Below, one piece after another: positions 35,659-45,580 of a DNA stretch of 64,000 nt; position 1 is the stretch's first letter; each line of letters starts with the position of its first letter. Position numbers and translations under genes: made by a program. The stretch comes from a virus. The notes beneath the pieces were generated by a model. That model searched no databases. It was given only the letters and a program-made list of their open reading frames with translations, and had not been told where the DNA came from. The stretch lies in IMG/VR virus record IMGVR_UViG_3300008261_000005; one strand, given 5' to 3'.

Positions 35659-36815
35659 TTGTAAGAGTTATCGCCGGGCCACAGAGGCAACTTTGTTCCC
35701 GGCGACCTTTTGGGTATTTTACTGTCAGCACTACTTACACAACTAGAAGTAATGCATGATTTAGGACCATCAAATAAGTTAAATCCAGTTTCAATATTGC
35801 CTAATGGAGCGTCATGACAACTATAGCTACGTTTGATACTGCCGTCAGGTTCACGTATAATAATACTACGGTATCCGCTTGAACATTCCCAATCTTTAAA
35901 TTTATTAAAGTTAAATGCATTAAATCGTTCAGCTTGATCCATGTACCAAACTTTTTTATTTTTGTCCACAAACTCTACTTGAAAGTGTTGCGGGATAGTA
36001 TCTTGTGAATATATAGGATCTGGAACTTTCTTAAATGTGGGTTCTGGTCTAACTACTAACTTAGCTTCTGCTGCCTTTGCTTCTGTATAGCCACGTTGCG
36101 GCATTCCGTTGTGTAATACTTTAAGCATTTCTGGAGTATACCCATCAACTACACGACTAGCAGTGGGATCACTTTGAGGCTTTAATGTTACATTAATTCC
36201 ACGATTGTGAAAGTATAATGCGTTCTCATAATCTTTATCAAACCATTCAGGAACCATTACCATGTTAATAGTTACTTGAACATCATGTTGCTGACATAAT
36301 TCTAATTTATCAGCAAACTCACTCATTTTTTCTTTAGTATTAACGTGTTCAGTATGCAGGCTAGCAGTGATACTTGCTCTATGAAATTTACTAACTGCCT
36401 TACAATATTCATCTCGATGCCATGCTAAACTACGACTCATATTCGTTGTCATATGTACACTAGTATAGTTTGTGTTTTCTGAATCATTGTTTAAGTGATT
36501 CAAAATGTCAATATAACCAGGATGAAACGTGGGTTCGCCGCCACTTAAACTAAAATGGAAACTATTAAATCCTCGGTCACGAGCTTGACGTTTAATCTCG
36601 TCAACAGTCTTTAAACACAGCTCAGTTGGTCTATGATCTTTTTTATCGCTTCGTGCGTAAGGCCAGCAGTAACTACACTTATAATTACAGAATCTGCCTA
36701 ACAGCCAACTTACTGTGAATAAGTCTCTATAAAGCATTGTACGTTGTCCAACACGTACTATATCGTCATAGGGTATTTGTGTAAAGTCGTATGCAGATGT
36801 TTTTAAATCACTCAT
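35655..36815 (-). CDS. radical SAM protein with C-terminal SPASM/twitch-like domain
   Basis: CNYKCSYC, LSGGEP, C-terminal WEC...SC...CITSSC; start at the TAATG overlap. Confidence 0.88.
   Translation of the reverse strand: MSDLKTSAYDFTQIPYDDIVRVGQRTMLYRDLFTVSWLLGRFCNYKCSYCWPYARSDKKDHRPTELCLKTVDEIKRQARDRGFNSFHFSLSGGEPTFHPGYIDILNHLNNDSENTNYTSVHMTTNMSRSLAWHRDEYCKAVSKFHRASITASLHTEHVNTKEKMSEFADKLELCQQHDVQVTINMVMVPEWFDKDYENALYFHNRGINVTLKPQSDPTASRVVDGYTPEMLKVLHNGMPQRGYTEAKAAEAKLVVRPEPTFKKVPDPIYSQDTIPQHFQVEFVDKNKKVWYMDQAERFNAFNFNKFKDWECSSGYRSIIIREPDGSIKRSYSCHDAPLGNIETGFNLFDGPKSCITSSCVSSADSKIPKRSPGTKLPLWPGDNSYN
35671..35711 (+). terminator. candidate terminator for the thyX transcript inside the convergent ORF
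   Basis: GC-rich inverted repeat tcgccggg ... cccggcga followed by ccTTTT at the strand-convergence point. Confidence 0.4.
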
Positions 36816-37279
36816 TAAGATTGAATCCACATAACTTTGGGTTTTGTTTCTACAGCATTTTCAAACACTTTCATGTCAACGTGTCTAGCCATAACAGCTT
36901 CATATTTGCTTTTATCAGAACTTTTGGGAGCGCATAGTCCACAACCACAAGTGTGTTTGGGACATATAATTGTTGGCATTGTACCAGCTTTTAAATGCTC
37001 TTCTAATTCTTTTAGAATTTTGTCGCCTTCGCTTAACTTACCAATTGGTCCGCGGGTTTGACCAAATTGTGCTTGGCATGTTTGATGATGGAATACACTA
37101 TCAGTTTGTTGTTCAATGTGCATAAAGAACCAATTGACGCTACAATGCCAACCTTTAAATTCTCTAAAATCTACAAACTTGCTTTTTCTATCAACACCAT
37201 CTTGACTTAGACACATGGTTCTACTACCACAGCACGGTCTACCTATTTTTAGACCCAATTCTTTCTTTTCTTCACTCAT
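36815..37279 (-). CDS. stand-alone Cys-rich SPASM/twitch-like domain protein
   Basis: PCCG, WHC, QTC, CPKHTCGCGLC; parallels the C-terminal domain of the neighbouring radical SAM protein. Confidence 0.6.
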   Translation of the reverse strand: MSEEKKELGLKIGRPCCGSRTMCLSQDGVDRKSKFVDFREFKGWHCSVNWFFMHIEQQTDSVFHHQTCQAQFGQTRGPIGKLSEGDKILKELEEHLKAGTMPTIICPKHTCGCGLCAPKSSDKSKYEAVMARHVDMKVFENAVETKPKVMWIQS

Positions 37280-37986
37280 GCTGCTTGTACCTTTTTAGTG
37301 TTATTTGACCAATAATCTTTCATCCACTGTAACTGTTCTTCAGTGTATTGATGTGCAAAATTGCTTTTACTGTCTGGTTCTTCGCCAATAATACGTGGAA
37401 CATATTTTATATCGTTGTCATCTAAAAATTCACATAGCTCAACACATTCGTCAAAGTATGCGGCATGAAACATCACATTGATACTGATACTACATTTATT
37501 AGCAGGGCCTTCTTTATGAAACTGAACCATACGATCTCTGACTTGTTGTTTAAGTGTGTCATCAGCCTCTGCATGGTAACTAACTGTTATGTGTCCAAAA
37601 TTTTCCATAACTTTCTGAGCCATTTTTTTACTCATTGCCCCATTGCTAGTAAGAGCAAAATTACACTCGTACTTGTCTTTATATTTGGTCTCGTATGCTT
37701 CTTTGAGGTACTTGGCAAAGGCAATAAAATTTGGATTTACTGTTGGTTCACCGCCAGTAAAACTAACACTTGCCCTCTTGTAATCTCTATAGGTCATGTA
37801 CAAATTTACATACTCCAACATAAAATCTGCATTTTTGATTAATTCTTCTAACGTGGCATGTGGGCTAAAATTGTCATGCCTATGAGCTGGACAATAACTG
37901 CAATCGTAATTACAGCGTCGACCAATATCCCAAGTTACTTGGAATACATTGCCATCAAGCAAATCAACTGTATCAAAACTAGCCAT
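37276..37986 (-). CDS. radical SAM protein (core domain only)
   Basis: CNYDCSYC, FTGGEP, LTSNG, VSYH. Confidence 0.88.
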   Translation of the reverse strand: MASFDTVDLLDGNVFQVTWDIGRRCNYDCSYCPAHRHDNFSPHATLEELIKNADFMLEYVNLYMTYRDYKRASVSFTGGEPTVNPNFIAFAKYLKEAYETKYKDKYECNFALTSNGAMSKKMAQKVMENFGHITVSYHAEADDTLKQQVRDRMVQFHKEGPANKCSISINVMFHAAYFDECVELCEFLDDNDIKYVPRIIGEEPDSKSNFAHQYTEEQLQWMKDYWSNNTKKVQAA

Positions 37987-39284
37987 TAAATATAATCCTT
38001 AAACTTTGGTTCTACATCGCACAAATTTTCTTGACGAATATTGTCTAATTGCTGTGTGTATTTTATAAATTCATTCCAGTGTGTATCATAATAATTATCG
38101 CTGTTCATATAACTTGTTACGCCTTTAGAAATATCTTCTGCTTGTTTAATTACATGCGCAGGATAATTATTATCTTTTACCCATTGAACAAACTCAACAA
38201 ACTTAACAGTGACATCTTTTTTGTATTGTTCTGGAAGGACACGTACATTTAAATGTTTTGGATGATGTGCAACATGATGTGTGATAATTGGGCGTTTTTG
38301 TGTGAAGTTTATTTTCTTTAAACCGCTTTCTGTTAATTTCCATTTCATAAAATCAATCATATGATTAACATTATACGCTGTTACTGTGAACGCAAGCCAA
38401 CCAAAAATATTATCTGGCAATTGATCAACCTTGTGTAAATTATCTAGTGTCTTTTGCCACTTAGCAGGATGTCGTTGATATTCTTGCATTGCACCCATAC
38501 CATCAACACTTGCACCAACACGAACTTGTTTAAAACTTTTCCATAAATTTGTAACACGAGTAGGAAGTGTACTCATGTTGGTATTGTACTCAATAATAAT
38601 ATGTTTTGCAGCATCTTTTTCAACACAACGTTCTAAGAAATCATAATGACGTTCAATTAGCATGGGTTCACCTCCCGCAAAATATACGTGTTGGATATTA
38701 TGTATGTTTGCCTCAAGTTGTTCCCAAAATGGTTCGTATTCTGGCCAGTCAAAAGCTGGAACATTCCCGTCAACAATTTCCATTATTCCGCCAGTATCTT
38801 TAAATTTATTACTGCCAGTTAACTTAATCCAATCATCGTACCATGCATTACTATCTGTTGGGCCGCACATACGACATTTTAAATTACAAAAATTTCCAAA
38901 TCTTAAATCATAATAAACTACAGGAAAGGTTTCAGTGGATATACTACCATCTTCAGCAGTTTTACTACGTGCTTCGTCGATAGTTAACTTCCATTGTTCA
39001 TTTTCGTATGTGCGTCTGCTAACTAACCCACTTGTTTCTTCGTTTTTACATCGTCCACATTCTTCGTTCCACACACCATTTAACATATTAAGACGAATTG
39101 TTTTCATCATACTGTTGTTACGTGCAAGGTCTAAATTATCTTTGCCAGCGTTAAATGCAGTGCCATCATCCTTGCGTATTACACCTTGATTTTTAGTCAC
39201 ATTTGCTTGACAACAAACTCGCATATCACCGTTTGCACGAATAGCTTGGAAGTTCCAAGGGATTGGGCAAAATGTATTACTCAT
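37986..39284 (-). CDS. radical SAM protein with N-terminal twitch domain
   Basis: FCPIPW...RVCC, CGRC, CNLKCRMC, FAGGEP, YNTN. Confidence 0.88.
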   Translation of the reverse strand: MSNTFCPIPWNFQAIRANGDMRVCCQANVTKNQGVIRKDDGTAFNAGKDNLDLARNNSMMKTIRLNMLNGVWNEECGRCKNEETSGLVSRRTYENEQWKLTIDEARSKTAEDGSISTETFPVVYYDLRFGNFCNLKCRMCGPTDSNAWYDDWIKLTGSNKFKDTGGIMEIVDGNVPAFDWPEYEPFWEQLEANIHNIQHVYFAGGEPMLIERHYDFLERCVEKDAAKHIIIEYNTNMSTLPTRVTNLWKSFKQVRVGASVDGMGAMQEYQRHPAKWQKTLDNLHKVDQLPDNIFGWLAFTVTAYNVNHMIDFMKWKLTESGLKKINFTQKRPIITHHVAHHPKHLNVRVLPEQYKKDVTVKFVEFVQWVKDNNYPAHVIKQAEDISKGVTSYMNSDNYYDTHWNEFIKYTQQLDNIRQENLCDVEPKFKDYI

Positions 39285-40138
39285 TTAGGTATCCTAGCTA
39301 CCATGTCAGGAATTTCTGTTTCTGCCCAGGAACGTTCTTGACACCAAAAACACTTGCCACAAGTTGGAACATAAATTCCTGGCTTATAATCTATAAGGCT
39401 TGGGAAAGTCTGACTAACAATTGCATCAGATAAATCGCCCTCGCAACTACGTGTAGTTTCATATAAATCTACAATTTTAAACAAGTAATATTGTGCAAGT
39501 ATCCAGGATTTGTCAACTAACAAAAATGGTAAGAATATGTGAGATCCATTTCTTTTTAAAATTAGTAGAGGTTCTTTTTTATCAGTGTCAATTCGACGTG
39601 CTGGCGGTTCACCGTCAATTGTATAGCTTAACGGATTGTGAGTAGTTGCATTAAATATAGCATCAAATTTATATTTGAAAATACAATATGAATTAAATTC
39701 ATCAATTTGAATTTGATCACCAGCTCGTAGCACACCTTTAGACATAATAATTTTACCCATTGCACCATCTTCAATTCCTGGAGCAATAAAATTAGTATGA
39801 CGATTTTCAATTACATCAGGAAACATTGATTTTAATTTATTAAAAACTTCTTCCGATATAGGTTCTTGCCAAGGTCTAGTATCCCAACAACGTATATGCG
39901 TGATAACATCTATTTTACAATCTAGTTTATTATCTTGAATAATTTTACATAACAAGAATGTGAGACAAGCACTATCTGCTCCACCTGATAAATTCACTCC
40001 AATTTTTTTCCAAGAAGTAGAAACTGGGATATCTAATCCGTTAATACGGTGTAATTCTAATTTTGGTAATTCACCACCGTACATTGCTTTGTACTGTGAT
40101 TTCATTTTGTTATACAAACTATTACTAAATTCAAACAT
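39281..40138 (-). CDS. QueC-like PP-loop ATPase/ligase
   Basis: LSGGADS PP-loop; C-terminal TRSC...CGKCFWCQER Zn site as in QueC. Confidence 0.65.
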   Translation of the reverse strand: MFEFSNSLYNKMKSQYKAMYGGELPKLELHRINGLDIPVSTSWKKIGVNLSGGADSACLTFLLCKIIQDNKLDCKIDVITHIRCWDTRPWQEPISEEVFNKLKSMFPDVIENRHTNFIAPGIEDGAMGKIIMSKGVLRAGDQIQIDEFNSYCIFKYKFDAIFNATTHNPLSYTIDGEPPARRIDTDKKEPLLILKRNGSHIFLPFLLVDKSWILAQYYLFKIVDLYETTRSCEGDLSDAIVSQTFPSLIDYKPGIYVPTCGKCFWCQERSWAETEIPDMVARIPK

Positions 40139-41549
40139 TAAAGATCTCCTTCATTTCTGGGAAAGTTTCTGCAAAGCTAATGCCACGCTGTGCATCACAT
40201 AAATCTAAAAATTCTTTCATTTCTGGAAGTCTAATGGTCCAATCTTCGCTTTCCATAAATTTTAACATACCGTCTAATCGACTAATACCATAACTAGCAT
40301 TGCGCCATTGCTCGTAAGTCACTTTACCCTTGTGCCATTCTGGTACACCTTTTTCCCAATTAGCTTCCCACCATGGATAAAATTCTTCGTACTTCTTGCG
40401 GCATTCTTCTTTAAACCATTTAGGCAAAACTTTTACATTCAAGTGAGGTGGATGATAAACAAAATGATAATTTACTCCACCAGCGCCAAATGGCCACATA
40501 TTAATTTTCTTAAAACCTTGTTCTAATTTCCATTTAATAAAATCAGGTATGTAGTAGATATTTAGAGCTTGGACTGCACACGCAACCGTAACTTCTGTAT
40601 TGCTTGGTGTTTGTGTATCTAAAATATGAAATACTTCAGCAGTCCTTGACCACTTGCTAGGATAACGAATGTAATCATTCATTTCCTCAATACTGTCTAC
40701 ACTATAATGAAAACGCACAAGTTTAAATTGTTTCCACAAATCAAACAAGTCATCTCTCCATTCTACACCGTTACTGTTATAACGCAATTCTAAATTTTTT
40801 GCATGTCCTTGACGAATACACTCTTCCAAAATTTCATAGTGTTCTTCAATAATTAAACTCTCCCCGCCTGCAAAATACAACTGTTGCATATTAGGAATTT
40901 GTTCATAAAACTGCTGCCAGAATATAGGATTATTTTTATGCCAGTTATAACTGCTACCATTTGTACTACCTTTATTTGACCACAACGTAGTTTGTTTTAA
41001 TGTTGAATTTTTAATCTTTGGATGTATTGCTTGCCAATCTTTAATCCATCCACTACTATCATGAGGACTGCACATTACACATGCTAACTGACATTTTGTT
41101 CCAAATCGCAAATCAATATAATTGAGTTTAGGAGGAACAGAACCATCTTCAGCAGTGTCGGCTACCAGTTGATTTAAATCTGTACGTTCCATCCAATATG
41201 CAGTTTCCCACATACGTTTGCTATTATGTCCAGCTGCTTCTTCTTTGTAACATTTAATACAACTAGGAGGTTGTTCGCCGTTAAGCATTTGCTTACGGAC
41301 ATTGCGCATATAGGTGCTGTTCCAACTTGATTGAAAATCGCTAACATTTAGATTAGCAGGTTTGCCTTCTTCTGTTTTTAGAATTCCAACCATACCCCCA
41401 TGTTGTTTGTCGTTGGTTGGACCAACACTACTTGCATTGGCCGTACAGCATACTCGCATACTTCCATCTGGACGTGTACTTAAATGCACCCACGGCAAAA
41501 TGCAAAAAGTTTCTGATGGAAGTTTAGTTGTTGGCTTAGGTGTTGTCAT
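40131..41549 (-). CDS. radical SAM protein with N-terminal twitch domain
   Basis: FCILPW...RVCC, CIKC, CQLACVMC, FAGGES, YNSNG. Confidence 0.88.
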   Translation of the reverse strand: MTTPKPTTKLPSETFCILPWVHLSTRPDGSMRVCCTANASSVGPTNDKQHGGMVGILKTEEGKPANLNVSDFQSSWNSTYMRNVRKQMLNGEQPPSCIKCYKEEAAGHNSKRMWETAYWMERTDLNQLVADTAEDGSVPPKLNYIDLRFGTKCQLACVMCSPHDSSGWIKDWQAIHPKIKNSTLKQTTLWSNKGSTNGSSYNWHKNNPIFWQQFYEQIPNMQQLYFAGGESLIIEEHYEILEECIRQGHAKNLELRYNSNGVEWRDDLFDLWKQFKLVRFHYSVDSIEEMNDYIRYPSKWSRTAEVFHILDTQTPSNTEVTVACAVQALNIYYIPDFIKWKLEQGFKKINMWPFGAGGVNYHFVYHPPHLNVKVLPKWFKEECRKKYEEFYPWWEANWEKGVPEWHKGKVTYEQWRNASYGISRLDGMLKFMESEDWTIRLPEMKEFLDLCDAQRGISFAETFPEMKEIFNV

Positions 41550-42666
41550 TTATAAATTTAATCTCGTTTTGATATGCTTTGTTATTGCCGCATGTTCTTA
41601 TACATTTTTCAATATGCATTTTATGTGAAGGATCCCAACTTGCTTCAAGTAGACTAGAAAACCACTCATGCGCCAGTATATCATCAATACTGTTATTAAC
41701 TAGGCTATTCCATCCTGGTTTGAAGTCTTTAGTTAGTTTTAAAAAGTCATCTCTATGAGTATGGGCCAATTGCCATAGGAAACAACACGGCCACATGGTC
41801 AAGTCTGATGCTATAAAAATTTCACCTTCATGTACTAATTTACAAACTATAGAATCTAAAATTCTTTTTTTCGTTGATTCATCATTTACTACATTTCCAG
41901 TAGACTTTCCTATTATTGGAACAAATCCTGTAGATGTAGAATATGTATTAATAAACTGTTGTAATTCCTTAACTTGTTCTATTTTACTATGAGCTTTATC
42001 ACTTGCTGTTGTAATAACAAAATCTTCTTTTATTGTTTTTTTAGTTGTTGAGTCTTTTTTAGGCAACTTAGCAACCCAGTCATTAATAGTGTTGCGAATA
42101 CCTGTTCTAGTAGCAAATTTAAAACCTAATCTACTAGCAGCCTGTCGTGCAATTTCTAATTCGTGTTCGTTATGATCAAACACAATAAACATCCAAGTAG
42201 CTGATGCAAATCCTTTTCCGCCCATAGCATATGCAGTCATATTTCGTTCAATAACATCAAAAACGGTATTGACTCGATAGATATGATTGGTTTCTTTGTG
42301 CCCGTCAACTGCAAATACTACATTAATTAGTTTAGTTTTAGAACTAATTTCCCCTAGTTCTTTCCACCATGCTACTGTTTGATAACCACCGTTAGTACTT
42401 ATTTGACAATAGCCGTTATGATCTGTTAGATATTTTACCATATCTAACATTTCAGGATGTACAACTGGATCTCCTAAAACTCCACAAAATTTAAATTGCT
42501 TCTTGGATATTTCTTTACTAGTTGGAAATAATCGTTTAATATCATTCAATGAAAAAGATTGAATTGTTAGTAGTTCAGGCATTCGTGTGCGTGTACAACC
42601 TGGACAGGCAGCATTACAATCGCTTGTAATTTCTAACTCGATCTTTTTGATATTATCAATGTTCAT
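41536..42666 (-). CDS. radical SAM protein with C-terminal Cys domain
   Basis: CNAACPGC, FCGVLGDP, STNGG, AVDG, WPCC, CIRTC. Confidence 0.85.
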   Translation of the reverse strand: MNIDNIKKIELEITSDCNAACPGCTRTRMPELLTIQSFSLNDIKRLFPTSKEISKKQFKFCGVLGDPVVHPEMLDMVKYLTDHNGYCQISTNGGYQTVAWWKELGEISSKTKLINVVFAVDGHKETNHIYRVNTVFDVIERNMTAYAMGGKGFASATWMFIVFDHNEHELEIARQAASRLGFKFATRTGIRNTINDWVAKLPKKDSTTKKTIKEDFVITTASDKAHSKIEQVKELQQFINTYSTSTGFVPIIGKSTGNVVNDESTKKRILDSIVCKLVHEGEIFIASDLTMWPCCFLWQLAHTHRDDFLKLTKDFKPGWNSLVNNSIDDILAHEWFSSLLEASWDPSHKMHIEKCIRTCGNNKAYQNEIKFINDNT

Positions 42667-43826
42667 TTAAACTGTTCCGCAAAGGCATCATATTTACCAC
42701 AGGTCTTAGCACATACAGATAATTTTCCTTCCGCACAACTGGGCTTGTTCCAGCTATCTGGTATAATCTTTTGAAAATATAGACCGTCTACAATATTCTC
42801 TAGAGTATTGATTTTAGCATTAATACTGTCTTTTCCAACTTGATTTATTGCGTCCCAGATTTGTGTTCCTTCAGAACTATGATACCAAACATACATTTGA
42901 CCCGCTGTCCAGCAACAAGGTTGAATAATTCCTTCTGCGCTCACATACACACTTTTTTCTTCAGAAACTTTACAGGTTATGTTTGAAGAATCTAAACTTA
43001 ATTCCATTTTAGACTTTTTAGCAGGATCTAAATTAAAACGCTGTGGAGTTTGGATTGCTGTTGCTTCAATTTGTTTAGAAGGAATATACTTAACAGTTTC
43101 CTGTTTGCCTAAAACATCACTTAGTTTATCCAACACCCCATTTCTGTATTTAGGATTAGTCGGTGCTTGTAATAAAGTTGTTGCACCTTTACGATTGGCT
43201 GCTTGATGCACTTCTTTTGTAACCCCGCTAGTATTACTAAAGAATCTAGCAGACTTTTTAAACTGGAATTTTTCAAAGCCCATTACACGACTTAGTTCTT
43301 CAGCAGTTTCAACTTGATGTTCATTGTGTGCAAAAACAATATAATCCCATCTTGCTCTGCCACCAGCATCAATAAATGCTTGTGCATTTTCTACTATCTT
43401 AGACCATACTGTATTTTGTCTGTATAAATGATTTGTGTCTTCTAATCCATCAATACTGAATACAACGTATGCGTTCTTACCTAACACCCTTGCTAAGTTT
43501 GCCCACCACTCAGGCTTTTTAGCACTGCCGTTTGTATACATTGTAAGATTCATTTTAGGATTGTGTTCTCTAAAATATGCAAACACTTCTAATGTATCTT
43601 TGGCCGCAACTGGATCCCCAAAATTACCGCACATATACATTCTATCTAACTGTGAAATAAATTCAGGTTTAAAAATAGTCTTGCAGTCATCCAAACTTAA
43701 TTCATTGTCTTTGAGATGTGGATTATCTTCACCGCCATTAATATTCCTTGCACACATAGGGCAAGCGGCATTACATGCTTCTGTAATTTCTAAATGAACT
43801 GTTTTTAAATCTGAATATCTATACAT
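42663..43826 (-). CDS. radical SAM protein with C-terminal Cys domain
   Basis: CNAACPMC, MCGNFGDP, TNGS, SIDG, QPCC, CAKTC. Confidence 0.87.
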   Translation of the reverse strand: MYRYSDLKTVHLEITEACNAACPMCARNINGGEDNPHLKDNELSLDDCKTIFKPEFISQLDRMYMCGNFGDPVAAKDTLEVFAYFREHNPKMNLTMYTNGSAKKPEWWANLARVLGKNAYVVFSIDGLEDTNHLYRQNTVWSKIVENAQAFIDAGGRARWDYIVFAHNEHQVETAEELSRVMGFEKFQFKKSARFFSNTSGVTKEVHQAANRKGATTLLQAPTNPKYRNGVLDKLSDVLGKQETVKYIPSKQIEATAIQTPQRFNLDPAKKSKMELSLDSSNITCKVSEEKSVYVSAEGIIQPCCWTAGQMYVWYHSSEGTQIWDAINQVGKDSINAKINTLENIVDGLYFQKIIPDSWNKPSCAEGKLSVCAKTCGKYDAFAEQFK

Positions 43827-44053
43827 TAAATGTCCATTAATAATCTTATATCTTTTCCAGGACCTACTTTACTAGGCATATCACCGTGTTGTTGGACATA
43901 CCATTGTATTACGGCTTTGTACCAATTTTGACTATTATGATGTGCTTCTTTATTAAACTTATGAATATTGTTACTTGTTGCTTCAAACGTAGATAAGGCT
44001 CTTGCTGCCTCTACTTGTAACGTTCTCAAATCCAATTCATCTAAGTCTATCAT
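43826..44053 (-). CDS. small hypothetical protein
   Basis: 75 aa, overlapping both neighbours in the operon. Confidence 0.55.
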   Translation of the reverse strand: MIDLDELDLRTLQVEAARALSTFEATSNNIHKFNKEAHHNSQNWYKAVIQWYVQQHGDMPSKVGPGKDIRLLMDI

Positions 44054-44901
44054 GGTCTTCCAATAAGCATATAACGCTTATACCCTGTTAATTGTAACAC
44101 ACCTTCATACAAAAGTCTAGTCATTGGAAACTTTTTCTTCATTTCTCCCATGCTGTGTATTGAATTGATATGATCTTCAACTTCATGTAAGTTATTACTT
44201 TGAATGACAAATAATGGATCCGTTTCTAAAGGTCGATTAACAAACTTATGATACCAATCTTCGTGAAAATGTTCTGCGCTAGTATTCACAATTAAATCAG
44301 GCGTAGTTTTTTCGTTAATTTCTTGACCAGTAGTATAATTTTTTATTTTATACTGACAACCTGTTCGATATAGCCAGCTCATATCTGTTAAGTCTAATTC
44401 TACAGACTTAACTTGATAGTTATTAATAAAATCTATATTAAAGATCTTATCACTAATTTCACATGCATTAGGATCAATATCAACAATTCTCATCTTATCA
44501 TAAGAGATGTTGGCTATATCAAAAAACTTACGTAATTGTCCGTACCAGCCAGCTAATAAAAATACAACTTTGAAATCTTTTTGTATTTTTGCCAACTCCG
44601 TAACTAACCAAATTTTACTTTGTACTTGGCCCCTACTAAATGCGTCTTGTAATGCAACTGGGTTATGCCCTTCTCTATAATACTTGTGGAATGTATCTAA
44701 AATTTCATTAGGAGCATATTTACGCAATGTATTAATAAACTCAACTATCCCAGCACCGTCATTAAATTTTATAATAGGATTGTCTGCATAAATCATATGC
44801 ATTAGAAAATCTACATATTTTTTTGACTCTTGATCATTGGCAAACGCAAAATAGTCTTCCAATCCATGTAGCCAACTAATATTATCAGTATTATTTTCCA
44901 T
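44050..44901 (-). CDS. class I SAM-dependent methyltransferase-like protein
   Basis: LLAGWYG (motif I-like), IVDID, IVNTSAEH. Confidence 0.55.
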   Translation of the reverse strand: MENNTDNISWLHGLEDYFAFANDQESKKYVDFLMHMIYADNPIIKFNDGAGIVEFINTLRKYAPNEILDTFHKYYREGHNPVALQDAFSRGQVQSKIWLVTELAKIQKDFKVVFLLAGWYGQLRKFFDIANISYDKMRIVDIDPNACEISDKIFNIDFINNYQVKSVELDLTDMSWLYRTGCQYKIKNYTTGQEINEKTTPDLIVNTSAEHFHEDWYHKFVNRPLETDPLFVIQSNNLHEVEDHINSIHSMGEMKKKFPMTRLLYEGVLQLTGYKRYMLIGRP

Positions 44902-45580
44902 TACATTCCTTATTAAATTGTTCAGCTAGCCAATCAAAGTCATTGATTAATTTTAATGCTGTCATGTCGCCTTTATTTGCAATACCGTATCTGGTTCCTG
45001 CCTTTGCGCCAGCTAATGCATATTTTCCATATGGTTTGTCTGCGCCCACTGTACACCACGCCTGTAATCTAACATCAGTTTCTTCTGATTTTTGTCTATC
45101 AATTACTTTACTAGATAATTTAACGCATTCTCTAAACGCACTTTTCCAAGTATTAAACTCATCAGTGTTAAAAGCAGTCACATTACTAATTACAGGCACT
45201 GCTTTAAAATGCTTACTAATACTAGTTGTCATATCTGGCTTGCTAGTATCCATATTAATTGTATCCAATCTAGGCAGAAGTTTTACTCCACCGTTCCCAT
45301 ATTCTAAATAGTTTACAGGGTTTAAACTTCTCCATACGTGTACAGTTTCTAGCCCACGAGATTCTAGTTTATAATCAAAATCAAAACTATCTAACACTTC
45401 TGCATCACCATCAACCACCCAAATCATTTTTGTAAAACATTTTTTAGCTGCAATGATATGAGCATTGTGTATCCCTTTAACTCCATGAACACGTTTTGTC
45501 ATAGGAAATCGATTTTTTAATTTTAGCCAGTTTGATTCTGCGTTTGGTTCGTTATAACTGATAAAGACGATATCAAACAT
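44891..45580 (-). CDS. GT-A fold glycosyltransferase-like protein
   Basis: DIVFISY, VVDGD (DxD), YGNGGVK; paralog of 45580-46494. Confidence 0.6.
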   Translation of the reverse strand: MFDIVFISYNEPNAESNWLKLKNRFPMTKRVHGVKGIHNAHIIAAKKCFTKMIWVVDGDAEVLDSFDFDYKLESRGLETVHVWRSLNPVNYLEYGNGGVKLLPRLDTINMDTSKPDMTTSISKHFKAVPVISNVTAFNTDEFNTWKSAFRECVKLSSKVIDRQKSEETDVRLQAWCTVGADKPYGKYALAGAKAGTRYGIANKGDMTALKLINDFDWLAEQFNKECNGK

